A DNA stretch of 63,209 bases, counting the filler, from Licmophora abbreviata (taxonomy: Eukaryota), in NCBI GenBank assembly GCA_900291995.1. It is 9 parts of 9 records of this genome, joined end to end, with 100 filler letters (N's around TTAATTAATTAA, not from the genome) between each part and the next. Parts side by side here need not be neighbours in the genome. Positions count along the whole stretch, not along the records: positions 25,317 to 42,958 come from OLMU01000166.1; positions 43,059 to 56,463 come from OLMU01000168.1; 7 more parts are not named here. The stretch is one strand, 5' to 3'. Within the stretch, counting starts at the first letter, position 1; every line of letters begins with the position of its first letter. The notes under the pieces were generated by a model. The model saw nothing but the letters and a program-made list of their open reading frames with translations. It made no database searches and was not told the origin of the DNA. This document shows positions 35,181 through 46,900 of this stretch, in pieces. A program made the translations under genes and the position numbers.

Positions 35181-36105
35181 TTAGGACACGAGCGGCTTGA
35201 AGATGTTGTCACCGTAGTCGCTGAAAAGCACATCTTGGGCGTACATGCCTGCAATAGCAAGCATGGCAAGGCGTCCATTGTTAATCTCCTTGTTCTGGTA
35301 CGAAACCCATCCCTCGTCACTGTCGTCGACCCAGTAAGCGGCTCCGAGGATATCTCCAGGGACGTATCCTGGACGATCCTGGATCTTCTGGGCGATCCAT
35401 TCGATGGCTCCGCAGCCGAGGAAGAACTGAAGCCATCCAACGAATGGAAGCTGTTGGGCGGCCTCCAGGGGATCATTGGAAAGCTCGCTGTTGAACGCCG
35501 GGTGCACGCCCCCAGCATTCAAGTACCATCCGAGGCAAGCCGCCATGGCAACACGTCCGTGCTTCAACTCAGATTCACGGTAGTGCAACATGACCTTATC
35601 AGGCTGGTCCTTAGAAAGGCCCAGAGGATCAAAGAAGCCAACCGGTGCAGTGATACCGACAACAGTGTCATCCTTCCATGCCTGAAGAGAAGTTTTCGCC
35701 GAACGGGTCTGCGACGCGGGGGCAAAGGCCGCACTGTTGAGGAAAAAAGAACGGCGCGAGAACGAATGTCAGCCAGCGTATCGCGAGAGTTGCCATCGTC
35801 ATGGCACGCACGAGACCCAAGCCGCAGGTTGTGATGAGCTCGACGCCTCCCTTCACTAACTCCGGAAGTCGCTCCTAGGACAGAATCTTCTCGTGGTCAC
35901 GAACGACACCTGAACTGCCAAGGAAAAGCGCCTCGCCAGACAATCTAATACGAGCTCCCAGTCGGTTCGTCTGTTTGCAGCGAGGAAAATCGCTCCATCG
36001 GATTCGCATTCATCTCATTCTTTCCCATCCCAACGTTCCTATCAACTTGCACTACATTCCAACTTACGCCGATCCAAAGACAGCCAAGAGAGTTGCGATC
36101 TTCAT
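35181..36105 (-). CDS. Fucoxanthin-chlorophyll a/c light-harvesting protein (LHC/FCP); exons 36105-36068 and 35733-35181
   Basis: MKIATLLAVFGSA|AAFAP presequence, GFFDPLG, ESELKHGRVAM and KEINNGRLAM. The 334-nt intron spans 36067-35734. Confidence 0.95.
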
Positions 36106-36416
36106 GGTCAAACGAGCGTATTTGCGGCTTTCAACAAGATGAAACGCAAGCTTGGTAATTTTGATCAAAGATCATCGAGTACGTACGTCTCCGCGTAGCT
36201 TTCTACGCGCGATCTTTCAGATTCAACCTAGCGACCAAACGCCGACGGCTGATTGGCAGATGAACTACGTCACTATGACATCAGTCGAGGTGGAAGCGGG
36301 AAACAGGGAATGTGAGACGACGAAAGCCATCAGATTGCTTCATTCGACCTACGATCGACGAAGCAATCCTAAAGAAGACTGCCTGTCGGTAAAACGAATT
36401 ATAAGCAGTGGAACAG

Positions 36417-37280
36417 CTACACTGATTCACCAGGAATAATCCCACTCTGTAGATCCTCAATCTCCTTTCGCAAATTGTCTCTCGCTTTATGTTCAAAGGC
36501 ACTTCGAACGAGCTCAGTACAAAAGATATGGGGCGTCTCAAGGAATGCCTGCAGGATCTGAGCCCGCTTCTCACAGTAGACATCTCGCTCCACAAAAGCA
36601 TATTCCATTCGTATCAGGCCCGCATAAATAGCATACGCCGATGGCTCTTTCCCCAACACGGCAATGTCCACGTCCAACAAGTAGCCGCAGCAGAAGTCTC
36701 CACGGTCTGCAAGTTTGTGATCTTTAGTGGCCAGTATACAAGACAGGATGGTGTCGTTCAAATCTGGATAGCTACAGCGACCCATATCGTTCGAGAACTC
36801 CTGAAAGAGTGCTGCACTGTCCTCCTCGTTCGTCGACGACCTAGGATCGTAGACAACGTCATGGAAAAAGATAGCTAGTACCATGACAGAATAGTTTCGC
36901 GCCTCGTTGATTTTCGCTTCTTGTTGCTGCAAGAGTGATAATAATCCCAACATTTCTTCCAGGTGCACCAAAGTATGATAGTGTCGTTGAGATTCGCTGT
37001 GAAGGTCCAAGATACGGTCGAACCACTGCGACTCAATCATGGACGACCGATTGGCAAATGGAAATGTAGCGTTCTCCCAGTGTTTGCGCAAACCTGTTTT
37101 GCGTTCCACATACGCTTCTGTATCAGACTCTGGGAATACGAAGGTGCTATTGGAGGTCACCCAGTTTGATCTTAGATCGGACTGGTGCTGATTGCCTGGA
37201 TCCTGGTTGTCGCGTCGTATTGGGTTCGGAAGAGCGTCGACTATCTTATTTAACATCGGCGGGATGGGATTTCGACTCAT
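36417..37280 (-). CDS. Predicted HD-superfamily metal-dependent phosphohydrolase (COG4339-like)
   Basis: RHYHTLVHL, AIFFHDVVYDP, NEEDSA, LDVDIAVLG, IRMEY. Intronless. Confidence 0.88.
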   Translation of the reverse strand: MSRNPIPPMLNKIVDALPNPIRRDNQDPGNQHQSDLRSNWVTSNSTFVFPESDTEAYVERKTGLRKHWENATFPFANRSSMIESQWFDRILDLHSESQRHYHTLVHLEEMLGLLSLLQQQEAKINEARNYSVMVLAIFFHDVVYDPRSSTNEEDSAALFQEFSNDMGRCSYPDLNDTILSCILATKDHKLADRGDFCCGYLLDVDIAVLGKEPSAYAIYAGLIRMEYAFVERDVYCEKRAQILQAFLETPHIFCTELVRSAFEHKARDNLRKEIEDLQSGIIPGESV

Positions 37281-37668
37281 TGCGTACGTTGTCAGTTCCC
37301 TTGCATAACTGGTGGCGTGAGAAGACGGGACCTCCTCACGTGTTGACTCACATTCAAGCTGTCAAGCATGGTGAGTTAGTGATGAGTTCACACCGCAGAC
37401 TATCCTCAAAAAGAGGGAATTTGGAATGTGATGGGACGCGAACACAATACACGATGACATCATGGCGACACAAAGCACTCACCTCGCTCACCCCCTGTCG
37501 CATGTCTTCCAGGCTTAGCAAGGTAACAGAATCGCGAACCTATTCAGTGGTGCCCTCAACAGAAAATCAAAGGAGCAATCCTAGAGAGCGGAGAGAGTCG
37601 AATCGAATTAAATCGAATCTGCCTATATATACTCAAATCGTGCACGCGGTATCTGGTACACAGTCACA

Positions 37669-38541
37669 ATGAAGGACCGATCTGCCATTACGCCTGTTGC
37701 TCCCCAGGCTAAAAAGGAGCGACCTAGGCGAAGGCTCTATCAGCCGAGTGTCTATCGCTACCACTGCGTGGGTGACTTGCAGGCGTCGTCGGACGACGTT
37801 GGGTCCCGCGGGGTCTGTCGAGGGATTGAGACTCGAATGCAACATGTGCGAGATCTTTACCCGTCGACGCGAGAGGAAGCCATAAATCACTTTTGTCAGG
37901 AAACCAGTTATCCTCCTGTCCAGGACTCGGACGATCCGCATCCACAAGAAACGCTCAACTCGCTCCTCAACAATTATCAAGCTATTATCTACGACGATGG
38001 GGACCTCGGAGCGAAGGGACGACAGTCGTCCAGAAATGAGAAAAGTGACGAAATGTGGCAGGATTGGAATTCCTTTGGTTATACAAGCGTTGACTTTCTT
38101 GTTTTGAAGGACATCAAGACCAAGCAGGAAAAAGTCGCTGGCGTCGCACCCGAGTGTCGGCAGGGCCTTGCAACGCGTGGCATAGGCACGAACGACGGAT
38201 CAGAAAAGAGCTTCTCGTTTCGAATCCTCTGGCTAGAAATAATGCTACGTGAGTCTTCAAAGCCAGAAGATCAACATCATGAAGCAATAGCGCAGTCGGA
38301 CCATGATTCAGAAGGGAACGCGAGTCCGTTTTCGGAACGATTTCTAGATGCCTCCAGGAAAGTTGGCATGCACATGAAGCAGAACGCGACTTTGTTGAAG
38401 GAGGCCGTCTCGGACGACTTTCCGGGGCGCACAATTGGCGCCGGTAAACGTATCGTCTCTGAAATGGGCAAGAACATGGATCGCACATCAGCATTTTTGG
38501 AGTCACTGTATAAGACTTGGCGAGACGACAGTGACGACTGA
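37669..38541 (+). CDS. Hypothetical protein
   Basis: 290-aa ATG-initiated ORF filling the space between known genes; no recognisable domain. Confidence 0.65.
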   Translation: MKDRSAITPVAPQAKKERPRRRLYQPSVYRYHCVGDLQASSDDVGSRGVCRGIETRMQHVRDLYPSTREEAINHFCQETSYPPVQDSDDPHPQETLNSLLNNYQAIIYDDGDLGAKGRQSSRNEKSDEMWQDWNSFGYTSVDFLVLKDIKTKQEKVAGVAPECRQGLATRGIGTNDGSEKSFSFRILWLEIMLRESSKPEDQHHEAIAQSDHDSEGNASPFSERFLDASRKVGMHMKQNATLLKEAVSDDFPGRTIGAGKRIVSEMGKNMDRTSAFLESLYKTWRDDSDD

Positions 38542-38760
38542 CTGGAACTCAACCAAAGTATAGTACGAACGTAAACCAGATGACCGCCTCGAGCCTATCG
38601 CCATCACTGTTTCGACGGATGTTGCCATAGCCCATGTCAAGTAAGAATGCCAACTTACACCTGTACACATTGACCGCTCACTCAATAGCTATGTATGTGA
38701 TACGAATCGTAGGACAAGCAGTCATTCAAGTAAAACGTTTTTCGTTTGTCAATTACAGCT

Positions 38761-39824
38761 CTACAGACGTCCACCAGCTCCGGCAAGGTTGGTTTCCTCG
38801 ACAGCTGGGGCGACAGCTTGTCCAACGTCTTGGGCATCATCGGCATTATGCCATTCCATAAGCGCAGTAACGTCGAACTTTGGCTTCTTGAGCACCTTCA
38901 CCTTGCGAATGTAGCAGTCCTTAATGGGAAAGACGCCAGACGCTTCCCGTGCGATTTGTTCGCCAATAGGAGCCGAGATGAGTTCCTTGACGAGGGACTT
39001 CAAGTCTCCCTTGGTACCAAGTTCCGTCATGATGGACGTCATCTTGGCGCGGATCGCCCGCATCTGAGCTGACTTGGCATAGCAGGTGCTCTTGATTTGA
39101 TTGTCCTGTGGCTTTGTGAAGGCGATGCAGAACATACGGACAATGTATCCATCGGTCGTCCGGCAGTCGACAGTTCCCTCAATGATAGATTGCTTCTTGC
39201 GAATGAGACTGCAAAGCTTATCCCGGGTCATATCCATTCCATGAAAGTTCAGAAGGCAGTTGTATCCCTGGACATCCTCCACACAGAGCTTGATCTTGCG
39301 AAAGGCGAGTGCCTCATTCTTGTTCAAGTCGGCGAGAGAAAGCTCGATTACTCGTCCCTTGAGGTAGTCCGAAGCAATCTTTTGACCCTGTGTCTTGGTA
39401 ATAAGGGTCTTGCCGCACTCCTTTTGGGCAAAGATAGTGGGGGGGATGAGCTTGTACCACTCCTTCTTGAGAAAAGGGTCCACCGCCTTTTTGCGGGAGC
39501 CCTTTTTGCTCTTTGTCAATCGCTTATTCTTTCCCTGTAACGCGTAGACATGAGAAAAAGTAGAACATGTCAGTATGCAGTGTCAAAGCAGAATAAACCC
39601 CATCTTTCCTAATGAAAATGCCACAGTCGTTTCGACACAGCGAGCGGACGGAGGACAAACATGACGTCCACGCAGGTCGCTCCGGAAGCAGTTGACAATG
39701 AGATTTCCGTCGCCATCCGTTCTTCCGCAACATTCCTCGTCCCCGGCATGTCAGACTCGCAAACAGTCATCAATAGGCAGCACCATCGTCGAGCGAAGCC
39801 TCGAAAATCACTCACAATCGCCAT
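38761..39824 (-). CDS. RPS3A: 40S ribosomal protein eS1 (S3a); exons 39824-39816 and 39534-38761
   Basis: MAI|GKNKRL...VDPFLKKEWY...LKGRVIELSLADL...NFHGMD. The 281-nt intron spans 39815-39535. Confidence 0.97.
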
Positions 39825-40187
39825 CGTGAAACTTGCTCTGATCCACAGTGACAAGCTGCAAGAGAGTGGCGCTCCAATGGCCGCACAAACCTTGCCGTAT
39901 AATTCACGTAGGATACATACCAAATAGTACTGACCACGTAGCAGTCAGCGGTCGAGTAAGTGGTAAGGTCAATTTTAGTCGAGCTAGTCGAAGTATTTCT
40001 TTCAAACCTCGCGCGATGGACCTCGAGGCCCGCGATCGTCGTCGTCTCCGACGTTGAACGTGTCTCATTGAATCGACAATGGGTGTTATCGCATTCACAT
40101 GAACGCTGTCTGTTCTGAATAACCACGCTGGACACGTTTCGATCAAATTGTGTTATTGCAAGCTTAGCGAGTGACTAGTATTACAAA

Positions 40188-41164
40188 ATGGAGTCGAATC
40201 TTCCTGCCGCCAAAGCATGTCTGGACGTGATCCAACACGCTCCGCCGTCACTGTCTGAAAAGGTACGCGGCTGCGTTGTGTCGTCCGTGCTCATCACAGT
40301 TCTCTTGGTGAAACGACTCACGTCGTTTTATTTTTCATTGATTCATAGGCACTTGAAAAGGTGAGAGAACTTATATCGTCAAATAAGGAGCTTAGTCGAG
40401 AGCTGGAACAAGAAATTCATTTGCCACTCAGGGTATCCACCGATCCCAATACCGACGGGAAGCCATTTCTTCTCTGTCCCTTCAATAGCTTCCACGACAG
40501 CTACCGATCACCTTGGTCGAACACATTCCATCCTCCGTTAAACTCGTCTTTGAGAGACGAGACTTCTCATCCAATGGAATCCCTGCTTAACTTGGAATTG
40601 GCATTCGGGGAAGTGTGGGACGCGTATCGACAGCACTATTACGGCAACGACGCTGTTGGGTCCGTCTATGTATGTGAGAAAGAGTCCATGTCCTTCGTAG
40701 CGTGTCTACTCTTGCAAAAACATGTGAAAACGGTGGCGTCGTTGGAGCAGGGCCAATGGGACAGTGCTCATGTGTGTATCGTGGGCCCCGTGAAGGATGG
40801 AGCTGCCGAGTACAACCTGCAATCGACGGTGCTCGTAACCATGTCACCGTCAGTTTCCCCAGATGACAAGAGTCATAGTAGTTTGACAAATGTAAGCTCT
40901 CGAATGACCAAGGAAACGACGCAGTCCGCTTTGGTTTTGGGAGACTACGATCATGTGAAAACGATTGGCAAGATGGTGGAAGACGTAGAGATAGAGTTGA
41001 GGTCAAATATGGAGGCGGTGCACTTCCCGAAAACTCAACAAGTCGTGGAATCTGTTCGCAAAGAGAAAGCTCCTATGGCTGGTATCCCTATGATGAATCA
41101 TACCGCCATGCTAAACCATGCCGTCTTGGCAAGAGCGGCTCTCAACAAGAAGGCAACTAGTTAG
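40188..41164 (+). CDS. CAPZB: F-actin capping protein beta subunit-like; intron 40263-40348
   Basis: GKPFLLCPFN...DSYRSPWSN, YRQHYYG...GSVY, WDSAHV, IGKMVEDVE..LRS. Confidence 0.85.
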
Positions 41165-41491
41165 TACTCGCATCTATATCGCTCTTCTTGGCTGTACACG
41201 GGAAATCATTAGTTTAGTAGTGGCGTAGAGTGGTAGCGCAGAACGCTCATTCGGCCTTCATCGCAGACCCTCGTTGCATGTATTGTCGTTTGCGAGGTGC
41301 GTGCTCTGATGAACCTGACCCGTCACGTGATTATGCGCGACAGAGGGCGTGCGACGCATCAATTCTGAAGTTCTTCTCTTGAACACGTCAGTCATCGCAC
41401 CCCGGCGTCGTTCTTCTCACGACTGCAGCGCGGTTGTTCTGCCACAGTCTGCGTCGCGTTACACCTCTTCGTCGATTGAAGAGTGCCGCTG

Positions 41492-42188
41492 ATGTCGTTC
41501 TTGAGACGAAGCTTTGCCAAGGCGCAGGATATGACGACGCGCGCCATGTACGGGAAGGAAATGCCCATCAACGCGAAAGAGTCCTTCTACTCTCTGAAGG
41601 ATCGCGACATGAACGGTGCCGAGGTTCTCATGTCAGCCTTTCAGGGAAAGGTCCTCTGCGTGGTGAATGTTGCCTCGAAATGAGGCTTCACCAAGTCAAA
41701 TTATACCCAGCTTACCCAACTTGTCGACGAATACGGTGACAAGGGATTCCGAGTTTTGGCTTTCCCATGCAACCAGTTTGGCGCACAGGAACCGGTAGGT
41801 GTTGGTGCATTGAATTGGGACGATGCGTGCCTGATTCTTGCGTTTCAAGTTACTCGACTCACACGACTTTATATCCAATCTGACGCTTCTTCCTCGTCAG
41901 GGCACACACGAGGAGATCCTCGAATTTGTTAAAAAGTTCAATGGAGCGGACACAAAGCTGACGTTCTTTGAAAAGGGAGAAGTCAATGGTACCAATACTC
42001 GCGAAGTGTTCTCTTTGCTTAAGCAGAAGCTTCCCAACGACGACGATACGACTGACATTCGGTGGAACTTTAACATCTTTCTGGTGGACAGCGAAGGGAC
42101 GCCAACGAAGCGTTACCAGCCATCGGGAAAGCCGTACGAGTTGATGAAGCCAAAGATTGAAGAGTTGTTGGCCAAGGCGACGAGTTAG
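41492..42188 (+). CDS. GPX: Selenocysteine-containing glutathione peroxidase (PHGPx/GPx4-like); Sec TGA at 41681-41683; intron 41795-41900
   Basis: VVNVASK-TGA-GFT sits at the catalytic position and continues in frame to [15 protein letters not shown] and IRWNF. A SECIS lies in the 3' UTR. Confidence 0.93.
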
Positions 42189-42240
42189 TAGACTTATGCA
42201 CCTGCGACAGGTGGTCGTATTGATGCCGGGTACGTGATGT

Positions 42241-42308
42241 TTGATTCCGACGAATGACGCGATACTTTTCGTGAAAACGAGAGAGTGTCTCTGACGGTGA
42301 AAGGTCAA
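42241..42308 (+). promoter_or_regulatory. Eukaryotic SECIS element
   Basis: ATGAC core (42254-58) opposite TGAC (42292-95), upper stem GCGATACTTTTCGT/ACGAGAGAGTGTCTC, apical GAAA, and lower stem TTGATT/GGTCAA. Confidence 0.8.
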
Positions 42309-42958
42309 GGCCGTCTCGGTGTGCGTCGTGTTTTCTGGGTATGATTTGCACGACGCAACCGGTGGCTCACGGGCTTTCGAGGAATCAAACAGTGCGTGTC
42401 CTCCTACAGGGCTGGCTTCCTCTAGGGACGGAAGACATATCACGTAATTTTCTAGGATTATTATGCTCCGAGAAAGGCGTGGGATGCGTGCACTGGGCTA
42501 GTCGCTTTGCGTTCGTACCTGGTATCATACTGGAGACAACGGAGTGAGGCACCGCTCTTGTTGAAAATAGTTTCGACAAACGCATGTTCTCCAAGAGGCG
42601 AGAATGACAAAAATTAGTGTCGACTACTTTATCTCCACCAGCAATATGGCGGTATTGTCCTTGGCGCAAGTGCTCTCCCGCCCCATTCCGCGATCCAGTC
42701 AAAACGTCATTGCGTATGGTGTAAGCGCCTGCTAGATAAACGTAGAAGAAATGGCATCATCGACGACTGAAGCATCGCTTATCATTGTCTCGCGTCCGGT
42801 GAACTGCAAACTGCAATGTCCAATACGCACCAGAACCAGGGGGACATTTCGCCAACAGCAATATTAGTGCCGGATCCTTTACTGTGCAAACCAGATCCAA
42901 GCATGAGCGCATTAGAACCGAACACTTCCGAGAACCGGGGAATTCCCAAGTCTCGGCC

Positions 42959-43058
42959 NNNNNNNNNNNNNNNNNNNNNNNNNNNNNNNNNNNNNNNNNN
43001 NNTTAATTAATTAANNNNNNNNNNNNNNNNNNNNNNNNNNNNNNNNNNNNNNNNNNNN
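42959..43058. other. Assembly gap with linker
   Basis: Ns flanking TTAATTAATTAA. Confidence 0.98.
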
Positions 43059-43123
43059 GAGGCAGCGAGATTGGATCACATTCTGAGTGACGAGGCAGCG
43101 AGATTGGATCACATTCTGAGTGA
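43059..43123. repeat. 33-bp tandem repeat (2 visible copies, abutting the gap)
   Basis: GAGGCAGCGAGATTGGATCACATTCTGAGTGAC at 43059-43091, repeated from 43092. Confidence 0.9.
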
Positions 43124-43986
43124 GACGCAACTCTGGAACGCAGTGCTGGCCCCATACGATTGGGCCGGCCCCAGCCCCGAGCAGCAGCTTCAGGCGATTT
43201 TGGAAGATGGGTAAGTTCAGCCACACATGCATGGCAAGTGGTCATTGGTTTGTTTTTCATTGCCTGTTCACTCACTTGCTTCCATCCCTTCTCGACTCTT
43301 CCTAGCGCTAAATCCCCATCTGATGATCCGCAGCCCTCTCGGGATGCAGATGATTCCCTGTCGGACCTCAAATAGAGCGTTTTGCGTCAACAGACACTAC
43401 TGTTAAGCCGCAGCCAGGGAAGAAACAAGACTCGCGAGCCTTTACCATAGTTAGTCCATTACTAAATACTTCATCATCTCAAGTGCATTCCAAACCCATG
43501 TACAAACCTAATACGGAATTAAAAAGAGTTCAGAACATCTACTAGCTAGCTGGCTAGCTAAGGTTTCTCATCGTCGTCGTACAGAAACGAATCGAAGTGT
43601 TCCCAAACGTGAAATCGCGCTGCGTAGTGCTTTGTCAAGGCATGTTCGTCTGTTCCTGCGAACATCGTTCGAATCGTACCGAATCGATGACGCCAGAACT
43701 GACAGTCGTGGGGCGCCTCTCCTGACTTCTTGGCGTCTTCGTGATCTTTATGTGACTTGATGTACTAGCTTGGAGTATACTATGGCGATCAGGATTCCTG
43801 CAAGGCTCTCTCTCTCTCTTTGAACTATAGGCAGCAAACAGAACTCATCGCAAACGGGAGAGAGTTCGGCTCATGAGAACATTGAGGCAACGGGGGAATT
43901 GAGCAAACGAACTGTACGGACACAAATCACAGCACATTACGACCTCTTTCGCTTCATGGCTCTCAGTTCAATGTTTTCTGGCGACA

Positions 43987-46900
43987 TTATACCGGGACGC
44001 AACGAGTGGTCCAGATTCTGTTGCTGACATGCTGGCAACGTTGCGTCAAGTATCGAATGACAATTAAATCAAGCAGTCGAGCGACTCTGGGGTGTTTTTC
44101 AACCAGCCACTCCCAATCATGTCGCTCCAAAGCAAAAACAACCGACTTTTGGGACATGCATTCGACACTGGTCATTCGTTTCAATCCGTAGACAAGACCT
44201 AGCTCGCCGATGAAGTGTCCCTTTCGCGCAATCTCCGCCGTATCTGTTCCCTCCAATCGGGAGATCAAGGTGCCTTGACAAATAAGTTTGGCGCAATGAG
44301 ACTCGTCGCCTTGACACCAAAGAATGTCGTTTTTATTGTACTCTTTCCTGTGAAACTTGCTAAAGAGGAGATCGACTGCAAGTGCATAGCACCATATTCA
44401 ACGATGAGATCATGCCTTCGCTCAAGAAAAGAGTCGCACTTCGTTTCGTAGAACGTACCGTCCTTTTGTTCTGCCCCTGGACAAAGCTCGAGCAAGGTCG
44501 TCTTGGCGATTGCCCGCTCAGCTTCAGCCGATAGGTGTAAGCCCGCTATCGCAGTGTCGGAATCGAGGTTTCGTAAATCATCAATTCCTTCCGAGAAGGC
44601 TACTTCTTCGGTGCGCAAATACTCCTGATCGGCTCTCGCAATAAGTACATCCTCACCAAACTTCAACGCCTCGTCCATGTCAAGACAGACTCGATTCCTC
44701 GGAAAACCTCGTCGAAGCAAACCATTTCTCATGGCGTTAGGATCACGAGCAAAGGGAATCGAGCCTCGTCTCGGGGCCATACTACCATGGGTACCACCCG
44801 GGCTTTTATCCTCGCTTCTGTAAAACACTGGAAGATCATCTTCCGCCGAAAGCTCTTTCGTTAGGTTGTATTCACAAGGAAAGCCTAGTGGGTCTCCCGC
44901 AACAAACAGAGTGACTGGTACATCAAAAGCTCTATTCAAGACCGCTTTCAGCTTCCCGACGGCGTGCGCTGCCGAAGAGTCCATACCGGCGACAAGAGTG
45001 AAATCAAGAATCAGCTAAACCAAAGCAAGAATGTTAGTGACTGTGAGATAGGTCGACGGTAATAGTCAACAATGGAAAATGGAGAATTATGGAGACCACT
45101 CACTATCCAAGGCTCGTTGTCCGTATCTCTACGCTCGCCCAATGTCTCCTTGATGTCGTCCGTCAACTGCGCAATATTACCGAAGAAAATCTATCTCGCA
45201 CGTACAGTAAGAGTGTGGAAACTATGGTAAGAATACTGCCAAGACACGACACGCAACCCTAAACGCATATGGTCCACTTACATGTCCCCTGCAGCTGAAA
45301 GATTAAGATTCGATGTCTGCCTGTCATTTTGTCCTCCAAAATAGCTAGAGCTTTCGGGGACCTGTTCCATTTGCTGCTTCGCAAGGTTGTAGCAGTCATC
45401 GTCTTTCGAATCGGGTCATGATGGGCAACCGACTGCATCGCATAGGTAAGCAGAGCAGAGATAACGCCTGCAATGAGCGCCGCGCTCATGCCCTTCCATG
45501 TCATGACAGCCGTGATTACCCAGATTCCGGCGTACTCCAACATGTCGAATTTTCCTATTGCTGTGTTGGCGTAAAGACAAGTGAGCAACTGAGAGAATGG
45601 GAGACGTTGTCCTTTACAGACTCAACATAAGCCTCTTACAATCATAGATACCCTCCAGGAATAGATCAACACCAAGATGGAGCAGTAACGTTCCAGCCAT
45701 GCACCGAGGAATATAGGTTGCCAAAAAGGGACCGACCACAAAGAGTACACTCGTTATGCTGGCTATGGCAAGAGAAGAAGCTTTCCCTTCGCCGCCTGAT
45801 TTTGCGTACAAGACTGAGTTGGAGTAACACAAGTAGTTTTGCAATCCTAGAAGTTCCGATACATTCGTCCGACAGAGGCCGCTTCACCATTAGGGGGCGT
45901 CCAACGATACAACTGACACTCAAAGGGAAATGAGCTTACCTCCAAAAATTCCCGAGAAGAAATTCGAATATCCGTGCGCAATCAACTCGGCATTCATGTC
46001 CGTATCTATCGGCGGACCGTGCACCCGCAGAGTGGCAGAGGCAAGGGGATAAGTCCAACCCTCACTCTATGCCAAAATAGCGTACACGGAGTACCTACCT
46101 GCATTGGTTGAGATGGCGAAGCTTGGAATATTGATGGGCACATGGATGAGAGAAAATGCCGCAAGCGCAACCATTGTTGGGATAGCATTGGCCACTGCCT
46201 TCCATGAAATGCTCCGAATATCAATCACATGCCAAATGTCAAAGAGGTGCTCGTCAAATATAATCGCCTGTAGCGATAGTTGACCGCAAGACTCCTCAGA
46301 ACTGGCGTTGCACTCTGTTACTGATGGAAAAAAGTAACCAGCTTCTTGAGCGGCTGACTGATCAATATCAAATAGCCACAAACCTAAGTAAAACATGGGC
46401 GTAATCAGGCAAAAGAAAACAGGAGACAAGAGTACGAAGAAGGGTCGCCCCGATTTGTCTGTGTTGAGATATGAAAATACACGTAGAATAGCTTCCCAAA
46501 ACACAACGATACCAAGCAGATTGAGTTTTCCTACAAGAATTTGGAGACTCTCTGTACTGAGACGGAAAGGAGAATCGATTGTGACCTCGATCGATGTGAA
46601 GATGATGAATACACCTGTCATTCGGCCGGTAGTGAGGAGTGAGATTAGGCCATCCGACCGGCCGCCGTCGGACAGAGCTTGAAGCACTTACCGATACCAC
46701 CAATGCAACCGATCAGCACGTGAGCAGGAAAGTAGTAGACGACACGCCCCAACTTCAATTTTCCGAGTGCATAGAATGTAGCTCCAACAACGACCGACGA
46801 CATGCCAAACAGAAAGAAGAGCGTAGACAGCGCGTCGACACCACACCCTTGCTCTGAAATCACTGTGAAAGCCAGAGCATGACAAAAAGGGACGTTTTCA

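Noticed and set aside
35235..35834. Long antisense ORFs (e.g. 35235..35834, 38746..39540, 54620..55279, 41859..42443)
   Set aside because: These are shadow frames opposite well-supported genes and carry no motifs of their own.
994..40197. Recurrent GAGTCGA/TCGACTC near gene starts (e.g. 1001, 20298, 23469, 30771, 32171, 37595)
   Set aside because: About 8 hits are expected by chance for a 7-mer on both strands, and TCGA is common throughout the window. Enrichment cannot be claimed.
41214..41320. tRNA-Met-like 5' half (TGGCGTAGAGTGGTAGCGCAGAACGCTCAT)
   Set aside because: It has a D-arm/A-box-like pattern and a CAT triplet, but a pyrimidine at position 37, no TTCR T-loop and no acceptor-stem partner. 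tRNAscan-SE would settle it.
43059..43123. 33-bp repeat as a CRISPR array
   Set aside because: The copies are head-to-tail with no spacers, there are no cas genes, and the context is eukaryotic.
43660..43685. GTTCGAATC B-box/T-loop-like motif
   Set aside because: There is no 5-bp T-stem or cloverleaf around it.
43805..43820. (CT)n tracts (also at 5-15)
   Set aside because: These are short, ordinary microsatellites.
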